Of a DNA stretch of 64,000 nucleotides, positions 31,040-40,692 are shown piece by piece. Source of the stretch: a virus; the IMG/VR virus record IMGVR_UViG_3300028588_000016, positions 64,001 to 128,000 of that record, one strand, 5' to 3'. The position numbers and the translations under genes are program-made. The notes under the pieces are model-generated. The model worked only from the letters and a program-made list of their open reading frames with translations. It had not been told where the DNA came from and did not search any database. How positions within the stretch are numbered: the stretch's first letter is position 1; each line of letters begins with the position of its first letter.

Positions 31040-34000
31040 TATATATCAATTGAATAATTTAATCTTTGCATTCCAGTTATTGGTACTTTCACTTCGGTAA
31101 CGTCATTCCTAACTCCTCTCCAGTCTCCTGGTGTTTGTGAATCTGACTTAATATATATTTCACTATTAGCCTCTGTGATAGGAATACCCGGTGTACTAGC
31201 TCCTGAGAATATATTTGCAATACTGTTGTAAAACGGATTATCTAAAGAGAAAACTTGACCATGTATTAAAGTACTAGAATCATTGAAGATATCATCCGAA
31301 TTCCAAGCATTCTTAGCTGCTTTCAATGAAGTAACTAATGCAGAATCAACACTCTTTTCTACAGCTAATTCAGCAGTATTTAAATCTACTTTTAAAGTAC
31401 TAGGTTGTTCTATGTAAGGGATGAAACCGTCATTGATAGCTAGTTTGTTATCTATGATTTCAGAAGTTCCTTTACGTGAATTAATGTAAGCATTAATATT
31501 TGCAGTAGAGAAATCCATGGTTGTTCCAGATGCTCCTGCATAGTAAGTAGATAAATACGTTTTAGTATTTGCTATTGGTTGATATTTTACATTGTAATAT
31601 AAACCGTTAAACTTAGCTATTGATTTAATAGAACCATCAAATGAAGCTAAATCTCCGTTAGCGTAGTAAATATTTTTAATAGTATCTACAGCCGAGTGAA
31701 TATGTAAGAAAGGAACAGCAGCTATTAAAGTATTAAGTTTATCAGCTTCTATTGAAGTTGGATAATATCCATCTGGACGTCTACCAAAACCTTTAAGTTT
31801 AGGAGAGTAAAGTTCTCCATCTTCAACTCGATAAACTACATAATAGAAACTTCCGCTTCTACAGTTGTAATTTTCTCTACTAATATTCTCAATATAACCA
31901 AAGAGTACAGCTTGTTTAGATGTTGCACCTAAATGCGTATCAATTCTATTTTTAATTTCTGCAGCACTAGGCACATTACAATCATTCTTTACTAAACTAC
32001 CATTAATGTACATACGTCTAGCGTCTAGACTAAAAGCTGCACCTTGGATAGTTCCTGTACCGCTTGCAGCAGTAGAACTCTGATTAGCTAGCTTAGAGAA
32101 TCTATTCGCTAAAGGAATATTCTTTCTGTCTTTAACAGCTCTAGTTCCTTCTGAAACTTTAGGAGCATAAACAAATCGACTAGTGGCCATTGATTTGTTT
32201 AGTCTATATTTTAAAGAATTTATATTAGTTAACGTCCAACTAGCTGTCGTAGTAGGGTTAATGTTAGCATCTCCTCCAAATCCTTCATTAGTAATAACAG
32301 GCGTAATACTAGAAACATCAGCAAACTCTATACCTATAATAGGAGATTTAAAGTTACCAAATATGTTTTCGGAACCACTAACAGATAAGTCAATATCCAT
32401 ATTATTGGATCTTGTATATTTGTTTCCTCCTTTGTAATAACCTCCAGTAGTAGCAGATTCTTGAATAGAATAAAAAGGTTTATTAGTTACAACACCTGTA
32501 TCTGTTACAACCGTAGCTTCTTTATTTTCTATTGCAATAGATTCAGTAGTCTTGTTAGAATACTTAATTATGTCTTCAATCTTGAAATCCACTGTATTAA
32601 AATCTGGAGTATATAGAGGATCAGTATTAGTAATAATATTTTGCTTAACGTAAAGATCATTTAATAATTTATTAGTAAACATTCCTTTATAGAAATCGAA
32701 ATGTTTATAAGTAGGTACTTGTGTAGAGTAATCTATATCAACGCCGCTTATCCTAACTATATAGAAATGATTTCTTCTTAAAGCGGTAGAGTTCCTAATT
32801 AATCCTGTAGAGTTCAATAAAGTCTTCTGTATTGTAACATCTGGATTAGGGATAAGATTAACTCTTGCCGTACCTCCTGCAGTAGTACTATTGAAAGTAG
32901 TTATAGCAGGTTCCTCAACTAATTCCATTTGAATAGAATTAACACCGTAGTAAGTAGGGTTATCAATCACTTTCACAACTGAATAGTCAGACCATGGATC
33001 ATAGAATTCTACATACAATATTAAACCGTTAGGATTGTCTCCTTCAAACTTGAAATCAAAGTCTACTTTAGCAGAATTGTTGTCAATGTAATACCTAAAT
33101 ATATCGTTAACTCCTGTACCTGCAGAAGCGTATTTACCTAATTCTAGATTAAAATCTTTTCTAAGTTTAGGATAAAGAGCGTAATCAGAATAAGGAGTAA
33201 CACTACCAATTACTTTAGCGTTAGCGGCTAAGTCTCCGAGTTTAGCAGCGACTTTTTTAACTGAACCTACTTTATCAACATAGAAGTTTTCTACAGTAGG
33301 TGAGCTAATCTGTACTTGCATACCTTTGAAATCTGCTAACGAATTACTAAATCCAATAGCTTCAATTACTGCTGATTTTTGAATATCAGTTCTTCTAGAG
33401 GTATCTACTACATTAATGTCGAATTGATCTATAGTTTCTAATTCTAGACCTACAGCAATAGTACCTTGATTCTTTTCTTTGAAATATACATACTGACCCT
33501 CTAAATCATCATCTGCATCTACTAACTTAACATCTTCTGATTTTATTTCAGCAAGGTTGTTGTCGTCTGTAACTTTATAGAACTTAAGCTTAAATAACTT
33601 TCTACTAGCAGGATTAGTACTAATGTATTTATCCATCTTAGTTTTGTTATCAATCTCGTCTTCTACAGATGCGGCAGTTGGATCATGTATATCGTATGTT
33701 ACTAAAAACATATCGCCTGGATTTAACTGCAATAGTTCAGGTTCAACTAATTTAGTCAAGACAGCTGTCTTTTCTTTAGTCGCAGGATTACCTGTATTAA
33801 CTATAAATTGACTAGTCTTGAAGTTCGCCGGTGAAAGGTTCTCAAAGTCACTAGTATTAAAATCTCTTTCTGGTGAAGGGAAAGAACCAACTTCTCCTTC
33901 TCCTGTTTCAGGATTGTATATTGCTAAGTAAATTATTCCACCATATTCTTGTATACCGACAGGTATAAAGCCTACAGGTAGTCTAGCTCGCTCAACTTTA

Positions 34001-34149
34001 CAATTACCTTTATCATTTTGCAGAACAAATTCGTTTCCATCGAATGTGATAACAGTAGCATTAAGTGCATCTGTTAGAACAGTCTTAGGTGTCGTTAATG
34101 GATTCAAATCCATTATCATTCCATCTGTAAATGTATTTTGCGTTTTCAT
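31039..34149 (-). CDS. Tail stabilisation-like protein (1036 aa; P22 gp10-like N-terminus)
   Basis: N-terminus QNTFTDGMIMDLNP...DALNAT...LQNDKGN...GIIY...GEVGSFPSP is typical of the crAss stabilisation protein as I recall it. Synteny fits. Confidence 0.65.
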   Translation of the reverse strand: MKTQNTFTDGMIMDLNPLTTPKTVLTDALNATVITFDGNEFVLQNDKGNCKVERARLPVGFIPVGIQEYGGIIYLAIYNPETGEGEVGSFPSPERDFNTSDFENLSPANFKTSQFIVNTGNPATKEKTAVLTKLVEPELLQLNPGDMFLVTYDIHDPTAASVEDEIDNKTKMDKYISTNPASRKLFKLKFYKVTDDNNLAEIKSEDVKLVDADDDLEGQYVYFKEKNQGTIAVGLELETIDQFDINVVDTSRRTDIQKSAVIEAIGFSNSLADFKGMQVQISSPTVENFYVDKVGSVKKVAAKLGDLAANAKVIGSVTPYSDYALYPKLRKDFNLELGKYASAGTGVNDIFRYYIDNNSAKVDFDFKFEGDNPNGLILYVEFYDPWSDYSVVKVIDNPTYYGVNSIQMELVEEPAITTFNSTTAGGTARVNLIPNPDVTIQKTLLNSTGLIRNSTALRRNHFYIVRISGVDIDYSTQVPTYKHFDFYKGMFTNKLLNDLYVKQNIITNTDPLYTPDFNTVDFKIEDIIKYSNKTTESIAIENKEATVVTDTGVVTNKPFYSIQESATTGGYYKGGNKYTRSNNMDIDLSVSGSENIFGNFKSPIIGIEFADVSSITPVITNEGFGGDANINPTTTASWTLTNINSLKYRLNKSMATSRFVYAPKVSEGTRAVKDRKNIPLANRFSKLANQSSTAASGTGTIQGAAFSLDARRMYINGSLVKNDCNVPSAAEIKNRIDTHLGATSKQAVLFGYIENISRENYNCRSGSFYYVVYRVEDGELYSPKLKGFGRRPDGYYPTSIEADKLNTLIAAVPFLHIHSAVDTIKNIYYANGDLASFDGSIKSIAKFNGLYYNVKYQPIANTKTYLSTYYAGASGTTMDFSTANINAYINSRKGTSEIIDNKLAINDGFIPYIEQPSTLKVDLNTAELAVEKSVDSALVTSLKAAKNAWNSDDIFNDSSTLIHGQVFSLDNPFYNSIANIFSGASTPGIPITEANSEIYIKSDSQTPGDWRGVRNDVTEVKVPITGMQRLNYSIDI

Positions 34150-35044
34150 TGTCTATTTGAATGTCTTGGAAAAAAGCGTATCTTAAATCGTCCTTAAACT
34201 CCATTTTATATATGTTCATAGCATAATTCTTACAAGCTGTCAACTCTTCCAAGTATCTTGTAAAACTAGCCTTAACCGTTTCTCCCTTGTTAAACAGTTC
34301 CATGTTTTTATCAGTAAGTGAGAAGTAGAAAGTACCATCATGTTTCGGTTTATTCTTCTTATTCTTCATTAGAAACCTGACTTTCCTACGAACTTTTACA
34401 TATTGAGTAGGGCTAAAGGAACCACTAAGATACACAAAAAATGCGTCTTTTCCGCTATCTAAATTAATATAACTATCTACTCGATGTATCATTCCTTTAA
34501 ACATCATATTTAAACCATGTCTAATACAAGAAGATATAGAAGATCTCTGTATCTCTGGAAACATCTCTTCCATCTGAGTAGTTATCTCTGTAAGCGTACT
34601 GATGTTACTATTTTGATAAGTTAAGTTTTTGGCTTTATTATCAATCATAATGTCATACATATGTTTAGGTACGTGTATACCAAATCTGTGAGTCGGTCTA
34701 TTAGGGTACTTTATTTCAATACATATACCATTCATCTGAAATCCTAAATCAAAAGGATCAGCTCTACCTTTACAATATCTGAACAAAGGTTTACTTTGTT
34801 TTTGATTTAACTCTATTACTTTTATCTTAGCATCTAAGTTCTTATAAGGTAGTTTAAATATAAATTCTCGATTTACTACGCCATTAATTATTAGACGTAA
34901 AGCATGTAAAAATATACGATGTATAATCCTAATCTTAGTAGAGTTACTACCTTCTCCAAGAACACGCCTAATAGCGTATCCTTGGTTAGGTATAACTTTC
35001 ATAAGTTTCGTATCGTAAGACTCAAATAAATCTTTCATACGCAT
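34085..35044 (-). CDS. Conserved crAss basic protein (~319 aa; occupies the position of the IHF-like gene)
   Basis: The track's start at 35188 overlaps the upstream gene by 116 nt, so the likely start is MRMKDL at 35044 (or 35038). Lys/Arg-rich. Function inferred from position only. Confidence 0.5.
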   Translation of the reverse strand: MRMKDLFESYDTKLMKVIPNQGYAIRRVLGEGSNSTKIRIIHRIFLHALRLIINGVVNREFIFKLPYKNLDAKIKVIELNQKQSKPLFRYCKGRADPFDLGFQMNGICIEIKYPNRPTHRFGIHVPKHMYDIMIDNKAKNLTYQNSNISTLTEITTQMEEMFPEIQRSSISSCIRHGLNMMFKGMIHRVDSYINLDSGKDAFFVYLSGSFSPTQYVKVRRKVRFLMKNKKNKPKHDGTFYFSLTDKNMELFNKGETVKASFTRYLEELTACKNYAMNIYKMEFKDDLRYAFFQDIQIDNENAKYIYRWNDNGFESINDT

Positions 35045-35072
35045 GCTATGTGAAAATCTGGAGAAAGGGTAT

Positions 35073-35762
35073 TTACCTGTAGAGTTTAAGAGAGATTCCG
35101 TATCTCTTTCTGTCCCATGATCCTTTAACATCCAATATTTGATCCATTTCGTTCTGGTTAAGATACATTGGTGTGCGTGCATTGTCACACATTCTTTGCC
35201 AGTCCTGTTTTAACATTTGTGCTAACTGAATTGTAGCTTGATCTCTTGCTGTCATTCCTCTCTTATTCAAAGTAACATATGCACAATAAGTTGCAATAGC
35301 TGCTACTTCCTTAACGTTAAGAGAAGGTAAACCATTTTCATCTAATTCTACTCCTTTATAAATCATAAATACGGTAGATAGATTTTTATTATCTAAATGT
35401 AAAGTATCACCTACTCTACTATATGTAAGCATACCGCCTGGAGAATAAAGGCTATGATGATGTGTTTGATAAGCTTGTACATATTGTTCTATATACTGTC
35501 TAGAAAAATCATCAACAGATACATTGTCTGTACTTTGATATTGTTCTTGACCGCCTGTTATCACTTCAATTACATCTACATTACAAGGTAATTCTAGAAT
35601 ACCGTCAGTACATGTAAAAACATGTTTATATGTACGAGTATATTTATTACCTATTAAATCCCAAGCATGTAAGCCTATGTTTTCAAACTCATCATCTTCT
35701 AAAGTAATATCGTAGAAAGTCTTAAGATGAGTAATTGCGTTATAAAATGGATATAGTTTCAT
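35073..35762 (-). CDS. Tail tubular/ring protein (229 aa)
   Basis: ORF track. Size and position between the auxiliary capsid gene and the stabilisation gene match the crAss tail tubular (ring) protein. Confidence 0.6.
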   Translation of the reverse strand: MKLYPFYNAITHLKTFYDITLEDDEFENIGLHAWDLIGNKYTRTYKHVFTCTDGILELPCNVDVIEVITGGQEQYQSTDNVSVDDFSRQYIEQYVQAYQTHHHSLYSPGGMLTYSRVGDTLHLDNKNLSTVFMIYKGVELDENGLPSLNVKEVAAIATYCAYVTLNKRGMTARDQATIQLAQMLKQDWQRMCDNARTPMYLNQNEMDQILDVKGSWDRKRYGISLKLYR

Positions 35763-36430
35763 TATTTAACTGCTTGATCATTAGGTGTGTGGGCTGTTGC
35801 CATTTGTCTATAGTATCTAATATATTCTTCTGTAACTCTTTTAATAATTTCTTTATCTAAGAATGAATCATTATAAACATCGATTCCATTGCAGCAACCG
35901 AATTCAGCTACTTGTCTAGGATCTTTAAAGATACCTACTACAGATAACGAAGTTATTAAAGGTAAGTTGAATAAGAATACATCATACATGTTATTCGCAT
36001 TAGGTGCAGTATCTACCCAAGCATAAGGTTGATCCGCTCCGCGTCTGTTAAATTTATGATGTCTCCAAGAACTATCTGTGTAAACTTTAAACCTTACACG
36101 TCTATCTGTAGAACCTAAGAAATCAATAGCAGCGCTACCGAAGTCATTGATTAATTGAGGAATTTCAGTATGTTTAACTTTTTCTTCTTCTGCTTTTGTA
36201 GTGCAACATCTATCTAGAGATTCGCAATCTACTGCTAAACAGTTAATAGGAAGAATAAGATCTTTAACTGGAATTAAGTTTTTCATACTATATTCCTTTA
36301 TAATTGCTAACCTAGTACGAATAGCATCATCCTCAATCTGTTCTAATGTAAATCTATTGTTAACGTTTACACCGGATGCTCCCGATACTACGTTATTATA
36401 TATTGCCGAGGTTATACTTTCTAAAGCCAT
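35762..36430 (-). CDS. Tail ring/hub structural protein (222 aa)
   Basis: ORF track. Translationally coupled (TAATG) to the next gene. Synteny. Confidence 0.5.
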   Translation of the reverse strand: MALESITSAIYNNVVSGASGVNVNNRFTLEQIEDDAIRTRLAIIKEYSMKNLIPVKDLILPINCLAVDCESLDRCCTTKAEEEKVKHTEIPQLINDFGSAAIDFLGSTDRRVRFKVYTDSSWRHHKFNRRGADQPYAWVDTAPNANNMYDVFLFNLPLITSLSVVGIFKDPRQVAEFGCCNGIDVYNDSFLDKEIIKRVTEEYIRYYRQMATAHTPNDQAVK

Positions 36431-36444
36431 ATTTGTCTTAAACC

Positions 36445-36479
36445 AAAAAAGGCAGACAGTTTTATGCTGTCTGCCTTTT
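36445..36479 (-). terminator. Rho-independent terminator after the 299-aa capsid-associated gene
   Basis: AAAAGGCAGACAG-CATAAAA-CTGTCTGCCTTTT 13-bp stem ending in T6. Confidence 0.88.
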
Positions 36480-36500
36480 ATAAATTAGCTATTAAATTGA

Positions 36501-37400
36501 TTATGGATTAGCAACCACACCTGTCTTAGCAACAACTACTGAACCTGCTCCGAAAGCTTCGGTAAGCAAAGTTTGGAAAGCTGCTGACTGAGAAGCTAAT
36601 ACATAGATCGTGTGAATTGTTTTTGAAGTGATCAATTGACCAACTGCACTTTGACCGTAGATGTTACGAACAACTTCCATATAGATGGTATATTGATCGT
36701 AAATTGAATTAGCAACTGGACGCTCATCAAGTAAAGTACCTTGGAAACGAATGTTCTCAACTGTAGGTAATTGGATGTTCTTAGTAATGAACCAAGAAGT
36801 ACCGAAACCTTCTTTACCTGCTGTAGTGATAGTACCTGCAACTAACAAGTTAGTAGCAACTTCACCTGTGTAAGTGTCAGGAATTAAACCAACTGTTTCT
36901 AAAGCTACACCTTGTAGTCTTTTGTATTCATCATTTGCAGTGATTACTAAGTTAGTAGTCGAAGCAGTGATAACTACATCTGGATAAGGAGCTAATGCTT
37001 TATTGAATGAAGCAGCTAAAGCCGTAGCTAAAGCAGCTGCAGATGCAGGAGTTGAAGCAACGTAATATTCTGCGAAAGTTGGACGACCTTGATTAATGTC
37101 CCAACGAGAATAAGCACCAGCTGAACTTCCTGATAATCTTGAATCTAATGATAAACGAATTACTTTACCTGTTAAGTCAGCTAAAGTTAAACCCGCTAAT
37201 GCGATTGTAGCAACCTCTTTTACCGGTGCATAACCAACATTCTTAAATGTACCAGTTACAGCAGATTTGGCAAATTTACCATATCTTTTGATGAATAAGG
37301 CAGTATCGCCATCTTTCAATCCTGGATCTTCTGTACTGTCTAAAACAGTAACGTCTGCTAATGAATTAAGGATTAGCTCGCCTCTTGTGTAATCAAACAT
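36501..37400 (-). CDS. Putative auxiliary capsid (decoration) protein (299 aa)
   Basis: ORF track. Ala/Thr-rich and followed by a strong terminator, like the MCP gene. Synteny with crAss auxiliary capsid genes. Confidence 0.55.
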   Translation of the reverse strand: MFDYTRGELILNSLADVTVLDSTEDPGLKDGDTALFIKRYGKFAKSAVTGTFKNVGYAPVKEVATIALAGLTLADLTGKVIRLSLDSRLSGSSAGAYSRWDINQGRPTFAEYYVASTPASAAALATALAASFNKALAPYPDVVITASTTNLVITANDEYKRLQGVALETVGLIPDTYTGEVATNLLVAGTITTAGKEGFGTSWFITKNIQLPTVENIRFQGTLLDERPVANSIYDQYTIYMEVVRNIYGQSAVGQLITSKTIHTIYVLASQSAAFQTLLTEAFGAGSVVVAKTGVVANP

Positions 37401-37433
37401 CGTTTAAATAAGTGTTTTATTTGTTATTATTAA

Positions 37434-38258
37434 TTATCTTTTACCTTGCTGCTGTTGTTCTTGTGCAGGGTTGGCTATTGTTTGGTTGACCGGTATATTG
37501 GTCTGTAATCTAGGATCGCTTGCGTTTTCTAATAATAATTTAGTCAACTCTTTGATTATCTCTTGACATACATAATCTGGAAACTCTAACACTTGTGAAG
37601 TATCATCAGTTAGATCAACTTCTGCTTGAGTAAGAACTATACGTCTTGGAGCTTTTAAATAGTCAATGTGAATTCTGGTAAGCGTGAATAACGAATTATC
37701 CTTGCCATATCTGATTTCAACTTTAACTGGTGCACCTCCAGAATATCTAACACCTTCTTGAATCTCCGGAACATTTGGAGAAGTAGGATTAGCTGGTGGT
37801 GGTGTATCTACGGTATTATGAATGTAATAATAAGGTAGCTTATACGATGGTCTCAAATAATAGTTGTTAATTATTTGAGAGTACATATCTGATGTTAATC
37901 TTTTAGCACCGAAGTAAACAGGCTCTGATGGAGTATAACATTTAAACACTTTAGTTGCTGTATATTCTACAATACAATTAAGCATATGAAAATAATCCGC
38001 AGGTAAATCCGCAGTGTAAGTTGCTCCCTGCAGTTTGTTGCCTGTTACTGCAACGATATTTGAGATTGCGACAGTACCTTTTAAGACTCTTAAATCATCT
38101 GTTGTTTGTTGATTTACATCATATACGTTATAACGTAGATTGATGTAATTGTACACCGCTTTATTGATAAAGTAGTTATAATCTTCTAATAAAAGGCTCG
38201 GAGCTTGAACCTTATTCATTTCGATTAACGTGTACTCGAATAATTGTCTTGCTGTCAT
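37434..38258 (-). CDS. Tail ring/head-tail connector protein (274 aa)
   Basis: ORF track. Synteny downstream of MCP. Confidence 0.5.
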   Translation of the reverse strand: MTARQLFEYTLIEMNKVQAPSLLLEDYNYFINKAVYNYINLRYNVYDVNQQTTDDLRVLKGTVAISNIVAVTGNKLQGATYTADLPADYFHMLNCIVEYTATKVFKCYTPSEPVYFGAKRLTSDMYSQIINNYYLRPSYKLPYYYIHNTVDTPPPANPTSPNVPEIQEGVRYSGGAPVKVEIRYGKDNSLFTLTRIHIDYLKAPRRIVLTQAEVDLTDDTSQVLEFPDYVCQEIIKELTKLLLENASDPRLQTNIPVNQTIANPAQEQQQQGKR

Positions 38259-38270
38259 TTATGTTTTTAC

Positions 38271-39149
38271 TTAGGCTTTTGCCTTTTTAGGAGTCGTCTT
38301 AGTCATAGAAATCAACTCTTCTCCTGTATAGTCGTTTGGATCAATCTCCACTTCTAATTCAGCGTAATGCTCTGGATAAGTTTGTTGTTTAATGATGTCT
38401 AAAATTCGCTTGTTCATTGGGTTTTTAAACCATTGAATAACCGCGTCTTGATTCAATCCTAAAATTTGGTTTTCACCATATTGATATACTTTATCTCTGT
38501 ACTGAATTACAAATCTATCTAATGCGTCAAGCAATAGGATACGTAAATTAGTGTCTGCACCAGTGTACAAGTTAATAATTACATCAGGAGTTTCTTTAGC
38601 TAAATCTAAAAGATATTCTTTAACATCTGATAAAGGCAATTGAGTCATAGGATTTCCTAATAATCTAGCCTTTTGATATAGTCCATCATGGCTATCTCCA
38701 AATACGAAAGACTCAGCATTGTGACGTTGTTCACGTAAGCTAACTTTCATTTTAGATACTTGACCTAAATGTTCTACATAGAATTCAGCGCTACCGTATC
38801 GTCTAAGATTACCGTCAATTACAAAGTTTCCTTTTGTATCTCTAATCGTACGATCTAAAGCGATACGTCTAGAGTCTTTAATAGCATCCCACCAAGCGGC
38901 GTCAATTTCGTTATTTAAATCGAAGGTCTTACCATCAAAGATAGTAATGTCCTCGTTTTCTCCGATAACATAGCGTCCTGTTTTTCTATCATCTTCTGTT
39001 TCTTGAATATCGCCTTGCGAATTAACCCTACGAACAGAGTCTGCATAACGTCCTGTAACAGGATGTTTAGCTGGCTGCAATGTTACTTTTGGTATTTTAA
39101 ATACACTTCTAAGGGTAATAATATTACTTTCTTCTGGTAATTTTGACAT
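38271..39149 (-). CDS. Conserved crAss protein immediately downstream of MCP (292 aa)
   Basis: ORF track. Position only. Confidence 0.5.
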   Translation of the reverse strand: MSKLPEESNIITLRSVFKIPKVTLQPAKHPVTGRYADSVRRVNSQGDIQETEDDRKTGRYVIGENEDITIFDGKTFDLNNEIDAAWWDAIKDSRRIALDRTIRDTKGNFVIDGNLRRYGSAEFYVEHLGQVSKMKVSLREQRHNAESFVFGDSHDGLYQKARLLGNPMTQLPLSDVKEYLLDLAKETPDVIINLYTGADTNLRILLLDALDRFVIQYRDKVYQYGENQILGLNQDAVIQWFKNPMNKRILDIIKQQTYPEHYAELEVEIDPNDYTGEELISMTKTTPKKAKA

Positions 39150-39184
39150 TAATTTATTATTTCGTATTGTTTCAATTTGTAACT

Positions 39185-39217
39185 AAAAAGGAAAGCTGAA
39201 CAATATGCTCAGCTTCC
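39185..39217 (-). terminator. Rho-independent terminator after the major capsid gene
   Basis: Minus strand GGAAGCTGAGC-ATATT-GTTCAGCTTTCC followed by T5, starting about 10 nt after the MCP stop. Confidence 0.8.
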
Positions 39218-39228
39218 TAATTTATATC

Positions 39229-40647
39229 TTATTGGTTTTCTTCGATGATGAATGAACGATAAGGATTGTATACACCCACACCGGCATAACCCATGTGAAC
39301 GATTTTCGATCCTGCTACTGGAGACGAGATGTCGCCTGAAGTAACACCGTCTAAACCACCAACACCTTTCAATACACCACGAATGAATTCTCCACCTTTT
39401 AAAGTGAACATTTGCATAGCAGGTGTACCGCTAGTAGCATCAGCTGTTAAATCAATAACAATACCGTATGCTCTGTCTGGATACTCTAAAGTAAATGCTT
39501 TATCTACTTGGAATGAAATTTGGTTACCGCCCATTTCGTAAGTATCGAATGTAGTACCTACAGCAACGTTTTTACCAGCTTTCTTAGAGTAGAAGAAAGT
39601 ACCATCAGTTTTCCAATCTTTCAAATATGCACGAAGTACACGTTGAATTTGAGACCACAATCTTTCGTTAACGATAAACACATATTGGTTACCTGTTGAT
39701 TTCTTAGATTTTTGTCTCATGAATTCCATGATAGTATCAAAGATCTCGATTGATAGTTTTGCATAACCGTATTTGTTAGCGAAGCGCTCAATTTGAGGGA
39801 TGATACCATTACCAATCATAATTGGACGATTAGTAGCTGGATCCATAACAGTAGATTTACCGTTAACATCTATACTTGATTTACCGAACAATAATGCGTT
39901 GTTACGTGCTTCTAAGAAGCTAGTAAGCAATTCTTGTTCTTTTCTCTTCATCTTGTAAATGGTTTCAGCAGAAGTACCTTTACCTTCGTTTTTACCAGTA
40001 GAAATGAATACATCTTCTAAAGCAGCAAATTGAGAAGAGAAAGAAACGTCATTTCTGTGAATTGAAATGTGCTCTCTGTGACGCTCAATGTTTGATTGAT
40101 ACTTAGTGTAACCTTCTTCTGATAACTCAGGGTGATAGTTAGTTAAGAAACGAGTCTGCATATTTGGTTGACAAGCTGACGCATCTAACAATGACTGACC
40201 GTCGTTGTCGATGATTTGACCTACAACAACCCAGTGATCAGCAGCGATCTTTTGAGGCGCGTACTTAACAATAACTTGCTGACGAGATTTTTCGATACGG
40301 AATGTATCATATTTCTCGTAGTAACGCTCTTTGAAAGCGAATACGATATCTGAACCGTTTGAACCGTCACCTTCTGGTACAGCAGCGAATTCTACACGTT
40401 TGATGTACTCGATGTCCAATTCCCACTCAAATAACAAAGCGTCGATTTGTTGGAACTTAGATGGAGACTTCTGGTTTGTGTAAATGTTCATTAATGACTC
40501 TGTCAAATAAGACGCAGTCAACTCTGGGTACATTTTGGAAACGATGCCTAATCTATGTGGCTTAGCGCCTAAGAACTTCGCAAAGTCTGCGTAGGTTCTT
40601 GTGTCGCCCATGTTAGGGCGAATGGTAGTCATGTCAAAGACTTTCAT
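39229..40647 (-). CDS. Major capsid protein, crAss-like (472 aa)
   Basis: MGDTRTY.DF.KFLG.KP.RLG.VS..YPELTASYLTESL.NI... and C-terminal GVGG.DG..SG..SSPVA.SK....GY.GVGV..PYRSFI closely match my recollection of the prototypical crAssphage MCP. Biased, high-expression codon usage. Confidence 0.92.
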   Translation of the reverse strand: MKVFDMTTIRPNMGDTRTYADFAKFLGAKPHRLGIVSKMYPELTASYLTESLMNIYTNQKSPSKFQQIDALLFEWELDIEYIKRVEFAAVPEGDGSNGSDIVFAFKERYYEKYDTFRIEKSRQQVIVKYAPQKIAADHWVVVGQIIDNDGQSLLDASACQPNMQTRFLTNYHPELSEEGYTKYQSNIERHREHISIHRNDVSFSSQFAALEDVFISTGKNEGKGTSAETIYKMKRKEQELLTSFLEARNNALLFGKSSIDVNGKSTVMDPATNRPIMIGNGIIPQIERFANKYGYAKLSIEIFDTIMEFMRQKSKKSTGNQYVFIVNERLWSQIQRVLRAYLKDWKTDGTFFYSKKAGKNVAVGTTFDTYEMGGNQISFQVDKAFTLEYPDRAYGIVIDLTADATSGTPAMQMFTLKGGEFIRGVLKGVGGLDGVTSGDISSPVAGSKIVHMGYAGVGVYNPYRSFIIEENQ

Positions 40648-40692
40648 TTAATTGATTTTAATTAACTTGTAAATAATGTGTGTAACTTGATG

